Positions 27,611 to 40,487 of a stretch of DNA of 64,000 nucleotides are shown here, piece after piece; the first letter of the stretch is position 1, and the number at the start of each line of letters is the position of its first letter. The notes beneath the pieces were generated by a model that did no database searches, was not told where the DNA came from, and was given only the letters and a program-made list of their open reading frames with translations. Source of the DNA: Actinomycetes bacterium (GTDB lineage: Bacteria; Actinomycetota; Acidimicrobiia; Acidimicrobiales; RAAP-2); assembly GCA_021809495.1 (NCBI GenBank), contig JAKAZI010000003.1:368-64367 (forward strand). Reading direction: 5' to 3'. A program made the position numbers and the translations under genes.

Positions 27611-29358
27611 ACATGACAGTGACCGGTAGTGAAGCCACGAGTATGCGTGACGCCCTGTGCGCCTCGGTCGACGAGTCGATGATCGGCTCGCGGGTCACCG
27701 TGTGCGGGTGGGTCGCCAAACGGCGCGAACACGGCGAACACCTGGCCTTCGTTGACGTGCGCGACCGATCGGGCGTGGTCCAGGCCGTCGTTGAGGGGTC
27801 CGTCGACGTGCGCAGCGAGTACGTCGTTCGCGTCACGGGTACGGTGACGCGCCGTCCCGAGGGGACCGCCAACGAGCGTCTCGCGACCGGCCAGGTCGAA
27901 TTGAGCGAGTGCGTCGTCGAGATCCTCTCGGCGGCCGAGCCGCCGCCGTTCCAACTCGACGACCGCGCGGCGATCGACGAGCAGGTACGCCTGCGGTTCC
28001 GGTTCCTTGACCTTCGACGCGACGCGATGCAGCGCAACCTGCGGCTTCGCGCGACCGTGAACCGCGCGCTGCGCCTCGCCATGGACGACCAGGGATTCTG
28101 CGAGGTCGAGACGCCGTTGCTGTGGGCCCCGACCCCCGAGGGCGCCCGGGAGTTCGTGGTTCCCTCTCGACTGCACCCCGGGGAGTTCTACGTCCTGCCC
28201 CAGAGTCCCCAGATCGCCAAACAGCTGCTCATGGTCGGCGGTTTTGACCGGTACTACCAGATCGCGCGCTGCCTGCGCGACGAGGACCTGCGCGCGGACC
28301 GCCAGTTCGAGTTCACCCAGCTCGACATCGAGGCGAGCTTCGTGACCCAAGAGGACATCATGGGCTTCGTCTCGCGCGCGGTGCTCGACGCGGCCGAAGT
28401 GGCCACGGGCGTGCGCCCGTCCACGATCGACTCGATGACCTGGGCCGAGGCGCTCGATTGCTACGGTACCGACAAGCCCGACCTGCGCTTCGCGATGACC
28501 CTGCAGGACCTCTCCGCGGCCTTCGCCGCGACGTCGGTCAAGGCCTTCGCGGCGCCGACGGTCAAGGCGATCCGCGTGGCCGGCGGGGCCTCGTTCACGC
28601 GCAGCCGTCTCGACCAGCTCACCGAACAGGCGAAGTCTCTCGGGGCCAAGGGACTCGCCTGGTTCCGCGTGAACGCCGGTGAACTGGACTCGCCACTGGA
28701 CCGATTCCTCGCAGAGGACGAGCGCGCCGCGATCAGGGCCGTTGACGACGCGCGCGAGGGAGACCTCGTGCTGGTCGTCGCCGACGAGCACGACCTCGCC
28801 TGTCGGGTGCTCGGTGCGCTGCGCGTCGCGATCGGCGCGCCGCCCGTGAGCGAGGGTCCGCACCGCTACCTCTGGGTCACCGACTTCCCGATGTTCGAGG
28901 GCGTGGACGACGACGGCAACCTCATGGCGGCCCACCACCCCTTCACGATGCCCCACGCCGACGACCTGGCCCTGATCGAGACCGACCCGCTGCGCGTGCG
29001 CTCCCAGGCCTACGACCTGGTGCTAAATGGCTGGGAGCTCGGCAGCGGTTCGGTGCGTATCCACCGCGCCGACGTCCAGTCGCGGATCTTCAGCGCGCTC
29101 GGCATCTCCGACGAGGAGGCGGCGAGCCGCTTCGGATTCCTGCTCGGCGCCTTCAAGTACGGGGCGCCCCCGCACGCCGGCTTCGCCTTCGGCATCGACC
29201 GACTGGTAGCGATCTTCGCCGGTGAGGAGAACATCCGCGAGGTGATCGCCTACCCCAAGACCCAGTCGGGGGCCGACCTGATGACCGGGGCGCCCAAGGC
29301 GATCGCCGACCGTCAGCTGCGCGACCTCCACCTGCGTCCGGTGCCGAAGGGTTCGTGA
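27607..29358 (+). CDS. aspS: Aspartate--tRNA ligase, probably non-discriminating (Asp/Asn)
   Basis: TPEGAR, LPQSPQ, RDEDLRADRQ, GAKGL, HHPFT, PPHAG. Start uncertain (27607, 27613 or 27643). Confidence 0.97.
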   Translation: MNMTVTGSEATSMRDALCASVDESMIGSRVTVCGWVAKRREHGEHLAFVDVRDRSGVVQAVVEGSVDVRSEYVVRVTGTVTRRPEGTANERLATGQVELSECVVEILSAAEPPPFQLDDRAAIDEQVRLRFRFLDLRRDAMQRNLRLRATVNRALRLAMDDQGFCEVETPLLWAPTPEGAREFVVPSRLHPGEFYVLPQSPQIAKQLLMVGGFDRYYQIARCLRDEDLRADRQFEFTQLDIEASFVTQEDIMGFVSRAVLDAAEVATGVRPSTIDSMTWAEALDCYGTDKPDLRFAMTLQDLSAAFAATSVKAFAAPTVKAIRVAGGASFTRSRLDQLTEQAKSLGAKGLAWFRVNAGELDSPLDRFLAEDERAAIRAVDDAREGDLVLVVADEHDLACRVLGALRVAIGAPPVSEGPHRYLWVTDFPMFEGVDDDGNLMAAHHPFTMPHADDLALIETDPLRVRSQAYDLVLNGWELGSGSVRIHRADVQSRIFSALGISDEEAASRFGFLLGAFKYGAPPHAGFAFGIDRLVAIFAGEENIREVIAYPKTQSGADLMTGAPKAIADRQLRDLHLRPVPKGS

Positions 29359-30671
29359 CGTCGCTCTTCGACGACGCCGCGAACGAGCGCCGCGGGCGCT
29401 CGGCGCCACTCGCGGAGTTGTTGCGGCCGCACTCGCTCGATGAGGTCGTCGGTCAGGCGCACCTGGTGGGCGCGAACGGGCCGATCCGCGCGATGGTGGC
29501 GGCCCGGCGCCTGACGTCGATGATCCTCTGGGGGCCCGCGGGCACCGGCAAGACCACGATCGCGCGCCTGGCGGCAATCGGGGCGGGCTACGAGATGGAG
29601 AGCCTGTCCGCGGTCACGAGCGGCGTGCGCGACGTGCGCGAGGCCCTCGAGCGGGCCCGCGCGCGACTCGGCGAACACGACCGTTCGACGGTCTTGTTCA
29701 TCGACGAGGTGCACCGATTCAACAAGGCCCAGCAGGACCTGCTGCTGCCGGCGACCGAAGTGGGCGACGTCGTCTTGATCGGGGCGACGACGGAGAATCC
29801 GTACTTCGAGGTGAACGCCGCCCTGCTGAGTCGTTCGACCCTGTGGCGCCTGGTGCGCCTGGGCGTCAGTGACCTGCGGGTCCTCGTGGAGCGCGGCGCG
29901 CAGCTGCGCGGGGTGCGCGTGAGCGAGGCGGCCGCTGATGCGCTCGTCGAGTCGGGCGACGGCGACGCGCGCAGCGTCCTGACCACGCTCGACACGGCGG
30001 CGGTGCTGGCCGCGTCCGAGGGAGACGCGATCGAGGTCGGCCACGTGGTGCGCGCGCGCGACGGACGGGTGTACCACCAGTCGCGCGATACCCACTACGA
30101 CCAGGTCAGCGCGTTGATCAAGTCGATCCGCGGATCCGACCCCGACGCGGCCCTGTACTGGCTCATCACCCTGCTCGAGAGCGGCGAGAGCGCGCGATTC
30201 ATCGCCCGACGCCTCGTGATCCTCGCGAGTGAGGACGTGGGTCTCGCCGATCCCCGGGCGCTGTGGACGGCCCAGGCCGGTGCGAGCGCGATCGAACTCG
30301 TCGGCCTGCCCGAGGCGCGTCTCACCCTCGCGCACGTGACCATCGCGCTCGCGCTCGCGCCCAAGAGCAACAGCGTCACCCGGGCGCTCGCGCGCGCGAC
30401 CGAGGCGGTTCGCCGCGGTGGCGCCGACGTGCCCGACCACTTGCGCGACGCGCACTACGCGGGTAGCGCCCGTGAGGGCTTCGGCGTCGAGTACCGCTAC
30501 CCCCACGACGACCCCTCGGGGTGGGTCGACCAGCAGTATCTGCCCGATCCCCTGGTCGGGGTGACCTTCTTTGACCCTTCGCCCCACGGTGAGGAGTCGG
30601 CGACGGTGCGTGACTGGCGGGCTCGCTCACGGCTTCGGGACCCGGGATCGACGGGTGCCCCAGTAGAGTAA
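29355..30671 (+). CDS. rarA: Replication-associated recombination protein A
   Basis: GPAGTGKT, DEVHRFNK, ATTENP, KSIRGSDPD, SEDVG. Confidence 0.95.
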   Translation: MTSLFDDAANERRGRSAPLAELLRPHSLDEVVGQAHLVGANGPIRAMVAARRLTSMILWGPAGTGKTTIARLAAIGAGYEMESLSAVTSGVRDVREALERARARLGEHDRSTVLFIDEVHRFNKAQQDLLLPATEVGDVVLIGATTENPYFEVNAALLSRSTLWRLVRLGVSDLRVLVERGAQLRGVRVSEAAADALVESGDGDARSVLTTLDTAAVLAASEGDAIEVGHVVRARDGRVYHQSRDTHYDQVSALIKSIRGSDPDAALYWLITLLESGESARFIARRLVILASEDVGLADPRALWTAQAGASAIELVGLPEARLTLAHVTIALALAPKSNSVTRALARATEAVRRGGADVPDHLRDAHYAGSAREGFGVEYRYPHDDPSGWVDQQYLPDPLVGVTFFDPSPHGEESATVRDWRARSRLRDPGSTGAPVE

Positions 30672-30676
30672 GGGCC

Positions 30677-33223
<2,547 letters not shown>

Positions 33224-33225
33224 CC

Positions 33226-33642
33226 GTGGGACGCATACTCGGCCTCGACCCCGGTTCGAAACGCTGCGGCGTGGCGATCAGTGACTCGGCGCGCACGATG
33301 GCCTTCCCACGGCCGGCCTTCAGCGTCGACGACTCGCTGGTCGTGCTCGTCACCCAGATCGTCGAGGACGAGTCGGTCGACCTGGTCGTCGTCGGTAGAC
33401 CGATCGCCCTTTCGGGCCGCGAGACGGCGAGCACCCTGATGGCCGACGGGCTCTTTCACGAGCTGCGCGCGGCGCTACTGCGCGCGACGGTGATCCAGTG
33501 GGACGAGCGCCTGACCACCCACGAGGCGACGAGGGGACTGCACGCCGCCGGGCACCGCTCGGCCGATCACCGCGACCGGATCGACAGCGCCGCGGCGGTC
33601 GTCCTGCTCCAGCACTACCTCGATGGTCTCCGTGGGAGCTAA
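33226..33642 (+). CDS. ruvX: RuvX/YqgF pre-16S rRNA nuclease
   Basis: LGLDPGSKRCGVA, DERLTT, IDSAAA; follows alaS. Confidence 0.93.
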   Translation: MGRILGLDPGSKRCGVAISDSARTMAFPRPAFSVDDSLVVLVTQIVEDESVDLVVVGRPIALSGRETASTLMADGLFHELRAALLRATVIQWDERLTTHEATRGLHAAGHRSADHRDRIDSAAAVVLLQHYLDGLRGS

Positions 33643-34618
33643 GACGCTGCGCTGGGTCCTCGGGGGTGTGCTCGGCGCCGTGGTCCTGGCGCTGGGGTGG
33701 TTCGCGCTGCAGGCCTACCCGCTCGGCGGTCCCGGCCGGCTGGTGAGCGTCACCGTTCAGCCCGGGGACTCACTCTCGACGATCGCCGGGAAGTTGCACC
33801 GCGACGGGGTGATCGCGAGCCCGTTCGCCTTTCGGCTCGACCTGCTCCTCGGCGCGCCGACCGTCTACCCCGGGATCTACCGGTTCCACCAGAACTCGTC
33901 GTTCGCCGCGGTAAAGGGAGTCTTGGCGTCGCCGGTGATCGAGGTGACCCCCGGGCTGACGCTGCACGAGGTCGCCTTGCAGGTGGACGCTCGTGAAGGC
34001 GCGACCTACGCCGACCACTTCCTCACCGACGCGACCGCACTCGCCGCGACGAGCCCCTTCCATCCGGCGGGCTCGCTCGAGGGGTTGATCGGGGTCGGCC
34101 AGTATCGGATCACGCCGCAGTTGACCCCGCGGCGACTCCTGGGCGAGATGACGGCGGCCTTCGACCACGAGGCGGCGGCGCTCGGGCTCACCCCGGGCAC
34201 CACGCGGGCGGGGCTTGACGCCTATCAGCTCATCACCGCGGCGTCGATCGTGGACAAGGAGGGCTACTACCCCCGCAACATGGGCCGGGTCGCCCGGGTG
34301 ATCTTCAACCGCCTCGCCCGGGGCGGGCCGCTGCAGATGGACGCGACGGTGCTGTACGCACTCGGCATGGACGGCGGCACGGTCACCCACGCGATGCTGA
34401 AGACCACGTCGCCCTACAACACCTACCTCGTGAACGGTCTCACCCCGACCCCGATCTGCAGCGTCTCGCCCGACGCGCTGCGGGCCGTACTGCACCCGAC
34501 TCCGGGGCCGTGGCTGTACTTCACGGTCGTGGACCGCTCGGGTACCGAGGCCTTCGCCACGACCTTCGCCCAGCAGCTCGCCAACGAGCGCATCGCCCAG
34601 GCGAATGGGGTCCGGTGA
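33623..34618 (+). CDS. mltG: Endolytic transglycosylase MltG
   Basis: N-terminal TM, ASIVDKE, NRL..LQMDAT, SPYNTY, GLTPTPI, LYF. Start at 33623 or 33632. Confidence 0.92.
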   Translation: MVSVGAKTLRWVLGGVLGAVVLALGWFALQAYPLGGPGRLVSVTVQPGDSLSTIAGKLHRDGVIASPFAFRLDLLLGAPTVYPGIYRFHQNSSFAAVKGVLASPVIEVTPGLTLHEVALQVDAREGATYADHFLTDATALAATSPFHPAGSLEGLIGVGQYRITPQLTPRRLLGEMTAAFDHEAAALGLTPGTTRAGLDAYQLITAASIVDKEGYYPRNMGRVARVIFNRLARGGPLQMDATVLYALGMDGGTVTHAMLKTTSPYNTYLVNGLTPTPICSVSPDALRAVLHPTPGPWLYFTVVDRSGTEAFATTFAQQLANERIAQANGVR

Positions 34619-35391
34619 GCTGGCGCCTGGGGGTCATCGGCTCACCGATCGCCCACTCGCTCTCGCCCCGGCTGCACGAAGCGGGGATGGCGCTCGCCGG
34701 GGTGACGGGGACCTCGACGCGGATCGAGGTCGCGGACGGTGACCTCGCCCGGGTGGCCGAATTACTCGCGGGCCCCTACGACGCGCTGTCGGTGACGATG
34801 CCGCTCAAGACCCAGGTGCTCGAGCTCTGTGACGAACTCGACGAGACCGCTCGACGCGTGAGCGCGGTCAACTCGTTGCTCGTGCGCGACGGCCGCGTCG
34901 AGGGCGCGAACACCGACGGCGCGGGCTTCGTCGACGCGCTGTCCGGCGAGTTCGGGTTTCTCGTGGCTGGGCGCAGCGCGGTCGTGATCGGCGCCGGTGG
35001 CGCCGCGCGGTCGATCGTCGACGCCCTGGCCCTGGGGGGAGCGAGCCGGGTCGACGTGCTCGGGCGCACCGCGGCGTCGGTGCGCGCCCTGGTGGGGGCC
35101 TACGACGTCGCCCACGAGGGCGTCAGCGGTGATGAGCCGGCCGATCTCGTGGTGAACACGACGCCGGTCACCGGTCGCGTGGTGAGCGCCACCCTCGCCA
35201 CGAGGCCCGGCGCGGTGGCGGTCGATATAACGTATGAGCCACGGGTGTCCCCCTGGTTGAGGCAGTACGAAGAGAGCGGTTGTCGAGTGGCGAATGGTCT
35301 TGCGATGTTGGCGTACCAGGCCGCTCGCCAGCTCTCGTGGTGGTTCGAGGTGCCCATTGACGGAGCCGCGCTGCTCGGAGCGATCCGGTGA
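34615..35391 (+). CDS. aroE: Shikimate dehydrogenase
   Basis: GSPIAHSLSP, VTMPLK, AVN, NTD, GAGGAA, GLAML. Confidence 0.93.
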   Translation: MSWRLGVIGSPIAHSLSPRLHEAGMALAGVTGTSTRIEVADGDLARVAELLAGPYDALSVTMPLKTQVLELCDELDETARRVSAVNSLLVRDGRVEGANTDGAGFVDALSGEFGFLVAGRSAVVIGAGGAARSIVDALALGGASRVDVLGRTAASVRALVGAYDVAHEGVSGDEPADLVVNTTPVTGRVVSATLATRPGAVAVDITYEPRVSPWLRQYEESGCRVANGLAMLAYQAARQLSWWFEVPIDGAALLGAIR

Positions 35392-36530
35392 GTGACACCC
35401 TCGCGGCGATCACCTCGCGGATCCGCGGACGTGAGTCGCTCGACCGCAGCCTCTTCGCGGGACTGGTCGCCCTGGGGCTGATCGGGGTGGTGATGATCTA
35501 CTCCGCGACGCGCACCGCACTGGTGAACGCCGGGTACAACCCCCACTACTACCTCGAGCGCCAGGGCATCTTCGTGGTCGTCGGCATCGTGGTCATGTAC
35601 GTGATCTCGCGCGTGGACTACCGACGCCTCGAGATCCTCGCCACGCCGCTCTACGTGGTCTCGCTCTTCGCCCTCGCCGGGGTCTTCGTCGCGGGCCAGA
35701 GCGCGCTGGGCGCCCAGCGCTGGTACAACCTCGGGTTCATCCAGGTCCAGCCGAGTGAATTCACCGTGCTCGTGCTCATACTCACCGTCGCGACCTACAC
35801 CCAGCGGCGCGCGGACGGCCTGACGATGTACGACGTCGTGCGGATCCTCGTGATGGGGGGAACGCCGCTGCTGCTGATCGTGCTCCAGCCCGACCTCGGC
35901 ACCGCGATCATCATCGTGCTCGTCGTCGCGTCCATGATGGTGATCGCCGGGGTGCCGCCGCGCTTCATGACCTTCCTCGCGATCATCGGCTCGGCCGGCG
36001 TGGCCGGGGCGATCTACTTCGACCTCTTGCACAAGTACCAGGTCGACCGGTTCGTCTCGTTTCTCAACCAGAACTCGACCAACCCGGCGCTCGCGCCGTT
36101 GATCTACGAGGTCTCCAACGCCAAGAGCGCCATCGGGTCGGGCGGGCTCTTCGGCGCCGGACTCTTCCAGGGGCTCCAAACGGTCCTCGGTTACGTCCCC
36201 GAGCAACGCACCGACTTCATCTTCACCGCGATCGGCGAGCAGGTCGGCTTCATCGGATCGCTGCTGATCGTCCTGCTGCTCGCCTTCGTGGCGTTTCGCA
36301 TGTTTCGAATCGGGCGCACGGCGAAGGACACCATGGGCCGCGTGCTCGGACTCGGCGTCTTCATCTTCTTCGCCTTCAGCTGCTTTGAGAACATCGGCAT
36401 GACGATGGGCATCATGCCGGTGACGGGCATCCCACTGCCGCTACTCAGTTACGGCGGTTCCGCGGTGCTGGTGTTCTACAGTGCGGGTGGGCTCGTCCTG
36501 TCCGTGTCGAGACGAAGGGGTGGCTCATGA
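35388..36530 (+). CDS. rodA: SEDS peptidoglycan glycosyltransferase, RodA (MrdB) type
   Basis: GAQRW, QPSEF, QPDLGT, AIGSGG, PEQRTDFIF, GIPLPLLSYGGS. Confidence 0.9.
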   Translation: MSDTLAAITSRIRGRESLDRSLFAGLVALGLIGVVMIYSATRTALVNAGYNPHYYLERQGIFVVVGIVVMYVISRVDYRRLEILATPLYVVSLFALAGVFVAGQSALGAQRWYNLGFIQVQPSEFTVLVLILTVATYTQRRADGLTMYDVVRILVMGGTPLLLIVLQPDLGTAIIIVLVVASMMVIAGVPPRFMTFLAIIGSAGVAGAIYFDLLHKYQVDRFVSFLNQNSTNPALAPLIYEVSNAKSAIGSGGLFGAGLFQGLQTVLGYVPEQRTDFIFTAIGEQVGFIGSLLIVLLLAFVAFRMFRIGRTAKDTMGRVLGLGVFIFFAFSCFENIGMTMGIMPVTGIPLPLLSYGGSAVLVFYSAGGLVLSVSRRRGGS

Positions 36531-37012
36531 GCGACGAGGTCGACGCGGCTGGCGAGGACGCCGAAGCGACCCCCTACGTGAAGCCCGCCGAGCGACTGGT
36601 GGAGACCTTTCGCGTCGTGCACGTCGAGTCGGTGCTCTTCGACCTCGCCGACGCCTCTCCGGTGGTGCACCTCATGGAGGCCGAGGCCCCGTACCGGAGC
36701 GTCTCGATCCCGATCGCGCTCGGCGACGCGACGGCGCTGCACGCCGCGCTGTTCAATCGCGCGGGGCGCCGTCCGAGCACCCACGAGCTCTTCTCGAGCG
36801 TGCTCGGCCAACTGCAGACCGACGTCATCGCCGCCAAGATCGTGCGACGCGAGGGCGGCGTCTACTACGGCGAGCTCGACCTCATGACCCCGCGGGGTCG
36901 CGAGGTGTTCGACTGTCGCACGAGCGACGCACTCATCCTGGCGTTGCGTCAGGCGGTCGTCGCTCCCATCTTGTGCCTCGAAAGTATCCTCGAGCCCTTT
37001 AGCGACGCTTGA
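36527..37012 (+). CDS. Bifunctional nuclease (DUF151) family protein
   Basis: PVVHL..IPI..RPSTHEL..YYG..DCRTSDALILALR. Confidence 0.85.
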   Translation: MSDEVDAAGEDAEATPYVKPAERLVETFRVVHVESVLFDLADASPVVHLMEAEAPYRSVSIPIALGDATALHAALFNRAGRRPSTHELFSSVLGQLQTDVIAAKIVRREGGVYYGELDLMTPRGREVFDCRTSDALILALRQAVVAPILCLESILEPFSDA

Positions 37013-38369
37013 ACTCGACGCGTCGGATCGCGCCGCCGCGCAGGTCGAGGCTGTTCTCGTGGGAGATCCGTAGCAAGAGCGCGACGATGATGTAGTTCGC
37101 CACGAGCGAACTCCCGCCGTAGGCCATGAACGGCAAGGTGATCCCCGTGAACGGCAAGAGCCGAAGCACCCCGGCCATGATGAAGAACGCCTGGAGTCCC
37201 ACCACCGCCGTCAGCGCGGTGCTCGCCAGACGCACGTAGTCCGAGTGGGCGTGCTGGGCGATGCGGAAGCCCTCGGCGACGAAGAGCACGAACAGACTGA
37301 GCACCACGATGATCCCGAGCAGGCCCAGCTCCTCGCCGATCGCGGCGATGATCATGTCCGACGTGATCTCCGGGATCGTTCCGGACTGGCCCAGTCCGAG
37401 GCCGGTGCCCGTGACGCCACCGGCGGCGAGGGAGAACCAGCCGTAGGCGAGCTGGTGGGAGAAGGCGAAGTTCTTCACCGACCACGGGTCGATCCAGAGG
37501 CTGACGCGCGCGTGGACCTGGGTGAAGAACTTGAGGGCGACGAGGGCTCCGCCGACGAACAGCGCACCGCTGATCGCGACGTAGGTCTTCAGGCCCGTCG
37601 TGACCCAGAGCATCGCGACGAAGAGGGCGAAGAGCAGCATCGCGAATCCGATGTCGTTCTCCGCGCCGAGGATCATCAGGGCGAAGCCCCACGCCGCGAG
37701 GATGGGCAGCAGGGTCCGCGGCGGGACGATCTGACGTCGCCCGATGCGTTGGGTCGGGGTGGAGAGCAGATCGCGGTTGGCGGCGAAGTACGAGGCGAAG
37801 AAGAACGCGAGGAGGATCTTGGCGACCTCGACGGGCTGGAACGTGATCGGCCCGAGCCCGATCCAGAGCCGGGCGCCGCCCACGCTGATGCCGAGGCCCG
37901 GCACCAACGGCAGTAGGAGCAGGCCGATGGCGCCCACGAGTGAGACGTAGCGGTAGCGGTCGAGGTCGCGCACGTGGCGCACGAGGGCCAGGGTCACGAT
38001 GAGGCCAACGGCGCTGACGAGGAACCAGAGTGACTGGAAGGCGGCCTGGTGCGGGTCCCACCGGGCGATCTCGACGTAGCCGATCCCGTTGAGCAGGGTG
38101 GCGATGGGCAACAGCACCTGAGACGACTGGGGCGCGTAGATGCGGATCGCGACGTGCATCATGAGCGAGATCGCCACCATCGCCACGAGGAACAGCCAGA
38201 GGTCGGGGGGCAGGTGGCCCACCGCGCCGAGCCACGCGAGGACGTAGAACGACGACGTGATGATCCACGCGAGCATCATGAGTCCGAGTTCGGTCGAGCG
38301 CCGCGCGCGCGGGACCTCGTCGGAATCTTGCAGCGTCGGGGGCGTCAGAGCGCGCGTATGCTTCGCCAC
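36999..38369 (-). CDS. SEDS protein of the actinobacterial RodA (Rv0017c-like) type
   Basis: Extra N-terminal TMs, LNGIG, GARLW, FQPVEVAK, NDIG, SDMIIAAIGEELG, GITLPFMAYGGSS. Confidence 0.9.
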   Translation of the reverse strand: MAKHTRALTPPTLQDSDEVPRARRSTELGLMMLAWIITSSFYVLAWLGAVGHLPPDLWLFLVAMVAISLMMHVAIRIYAPQSSQVLLPIATLLNGIGYVEIARWDPHQAAFQSLWFLVSAVGLIVTLALVRHVRDLDRYRYVSLVGAIGLLLLPLVPGLGISVGGARLWIGLGPITFQPVEVAKILLAFFFASYFAANRDLLSTPTQRIGRRQIVPPRTLLPILAAWGFALMILGAENDIGFAMLLFALFVAMLWVTTGLKTYVAISGALFVGGALVALKFFTQVHARVSLWIDPWSVKNFAFSHQLAYGWFSLAAGGVTGTGLGLGQSGTIPEITSDMIIAAIGEELGLLGIIVVLSLFVLFVAEGFRIAQHAHSDYVRLASTALTAVVGLQAFFIMAGVLRLLPFTGITLPFMAYGGSSLVANYIIVALLLRISHENSLDLRGGAIRRVEFKRR

Positions 38370-38417
38370 CCTCTTAGAGTAGTCGTAGGGTTAGCGAAAA
38401 AACCGAGAGGGGCGGCA

Positions 38418-40487
38418 GTGAGTTTCGACGTTCAGGCCTTCGGCCCCGAACGATTCTCGAGTCGCGAACTCTCGCGCCTGGAGTTCGGTGCTCGGTTGCT
38501 CGACCTCGCCGAGGACCAGCGCCTGGCGATCCTCGAGCGCTGCAAGTTCGTCGCGATCTTCGCGGACATGATCGACGAGTTCTTCCAGGTCCGGGTGGTC
38601 AGTCTCCAGGACAAGGTCGCCGCGGGCGTCCAGACGCCGTCGGTGGACGGGGTGCGACCGCGTCAGCAGTTGAACGCGATCCGCGAGCGCGTCCTCGCCC
38701 TCGTCGAACGCCAGGACCGGATCGTGCTCGACGGCCTCTTGCCCGAGTTGGCGCGGTCGGGGATCACCATCACGCGCTTCGTCGACCTGGACGTCGAGGA
38801 GCACGCGAGGCTGAACCGGTACTTCGAACAGAACGTGTACCCGGTCTTGACCCCGCTCGCGGTTGACCCCGGACACCCGTTCCCCATGATCTCGAACCTG
38901 TCACTCAACATCGCCGTTGCGGTGCGCGACGCCGAGACGGGCGAGGAGCGCAGTGCGCGCGTGAAAGTGCCGAGCTCCCTGCCGCGATTCCTGCCCGCCG
39001 GACCGGGCCGGTGGTGCCTGCTCGAGGAGCTCATCGTCGCCAACCTCGGCCGCCTCTTCCCGGGCATGTCGATCGGTCGGGCGGACCTGTTCCGCGTGAC
39101 GAGAAACGCGGACCTGACCCTGGAAGAAGACGAGGCCGACGACCTCTTGGTCGCCCTCGAAGTCGAGCTGCGCCGACGCCGTTTCGGCGAGGCGCTGCGC
39201 GTCGAGATTCTTCGCGGGATGTCGGCGGAGTTCCTCGACCTGCTCGTCGAGCAGCTCGATCTCAATCACGAGAACGTCTACGTGTCCGACGCCCCGCTCG
39301 GTCTGCACGACCTGTGGAGCCTGTACGAGTTCGACCGGCCCGATCTGAAGGGCGAGGGGTGGTCGCCGTTGACGCCGCCGAGACTGCTCGCCGGGGACCA
39401 CGTCGGTGACGTGTTCGCCGTCATCCGCGATGGCGATCTGCTCTTGCACCACCCCTACGAATCCTTCAGTGACTCCGTGGAGATGTTCATCGCCCAGGCC
39501 GCCGACGACCCGAAGGTGGTCGCGATCAAGCAGACGCTCTATCGCACCTCGGGTGACTCGCCGGTCGTGGGCTCGCTCATTCGCGCGGCCGAGCGCGGCA
39601 AGCAGGTCGTGGCGCTCGTGGAGCTGAAGGCGCGCTTTGACGAGGCGGCCAACATCGAGTGGGCCAAGGCCCTCGAAGACGCCGGCGTGCACGTGGTCTA
39701 CGGCGTCGTCGGGCTGAAGACCCACTCCAAGACGGCGCTCGTCGTGCGCAGCGAAGGCGACCGGACGGTGCGCTACGCCCACGTCGCGACGGGCAACTAC
39801 AACTCCAAGACCGCGCGCAACTACGAGGACTTCGGACTGCTCACCGCGGACCCCGCGATCACCCACGACGTCGGCGAGCTGTTCAACTTTCTCACCGGGT
39901 TCGCTCGAAACGCCGACTACGAGAAGATCATCGTCAGTCCCACCATGACCCGGTCACGGATCATCGGGTTGATCAACGGCCAGCGCGACCGGGGCATGCA
40001 GGGTCGCATCGACATGAAGGTGAACGGGCTCACCGACCCCGCGATCATCGACGCGCTCTACGAGGCGAGCGACGCGCGGGTTCCCATCCGCCTCGCGGTG
40101 CGCACCCTATGTTGTCTGCGCCCGGGGGTCACCGGTCTGTCGGGGACGATCTCGGTGCGCAGCCTGGTGGGCGAGTTCCTCGAGCACTCGCGCGTCTTCA
40201 TCTTCGGCAATCCCGGCGACGAGGGCTCGTCGGTCTTCATGGGATCGGCCGACCTGATGGAGCGCAATCTGGACCGCCGGGTCGAGGTCCTGGTGCCGAT
40301 CGAACACGGCGCCATACGCGACGAGTTGCGCGACGCCTTCGAGGTCACCTGGCGCGACGACGAATTCACGTGGGTCCTCGGTACCGATCGACGGTGGCGC
40401 CGGGTCCAACCGGTGGACGAGTTCTCGGCCCAGGCCGAGTTCAAGCGTCGGGCGTTGGCGCGGGCCCGGGCACTGTCGACCCATTAG
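38418..40487 (+). CDS. ppk1: Polyphosphate kinase 1
   Basis: RELS, DEFFQVR, PGHPFP, HHPYESF, ELKARFDE, LKTHSK, SADLMERN. Confidence 0.97.
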   Translation: MSFDVQAFGPERFSSRELSRLEFGARLLDLAEDQRLAILERCKFVAIFADMIDEFFQVRVVSLQDKVAAGVQTPSVDGVRPRQQLNAIRERVLALVERQDRIVLDGLLPELARSGITITRFVDLDVEEHARLNRYFEQNVYPVLTPLAVDPGHPFPMISNLSLNIAVAVRDAETGEERSARVKVPSSLPRFLPAGPGRWCLLEELIVANLGRLFPGMSIGRADLFRVTRNADLTLEEDEADDLLVALEVELRRRRFGEALRVEILRGMSAEFLDLLVEQLDLNHENVYVSDAPLGLHDLWSLYEFDRPDLKGEGWSPLTPPRLLAGDHVGDVFAVIRDGDLLLHHPYESFSDSVEMFIAQAADDPKVVAIKQTLYRTSGDSPVVGSLIRAAERGKQVVALVELKARFDEAANIEWAKALEDAGVHVVYGVVGLKTHSKTALVVRSEGDRTVRYAHVATGNYNSKTARNYEDFGLLTADPAITHDVGELFNFLTGFARNADYEKIIVSPTMTRSRIIGLINGQRDRGMQGRIDMKVNGLTDPAIIDALYEASDARVPIRLAVRTLCCLRPGVTGLSGTISVRSLVGEFLEHSRVFIFGNPGDEGSSVFMGSADLMERNLDRRVEVLVPIEHGAIRDELRDAFEVTWRDDEFTWVLGTDRRWRRVQPVDEFSAQAEFKRRALARARALSTH

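Noticed and set aside
24698-28956. Long antisense or alternate-frame ORFs over rel, hisS and aspS (also 53348..55414 over polA)
   Set aside because: Shadow ORFs expected from high GC3 codon bias; no protein motifs.
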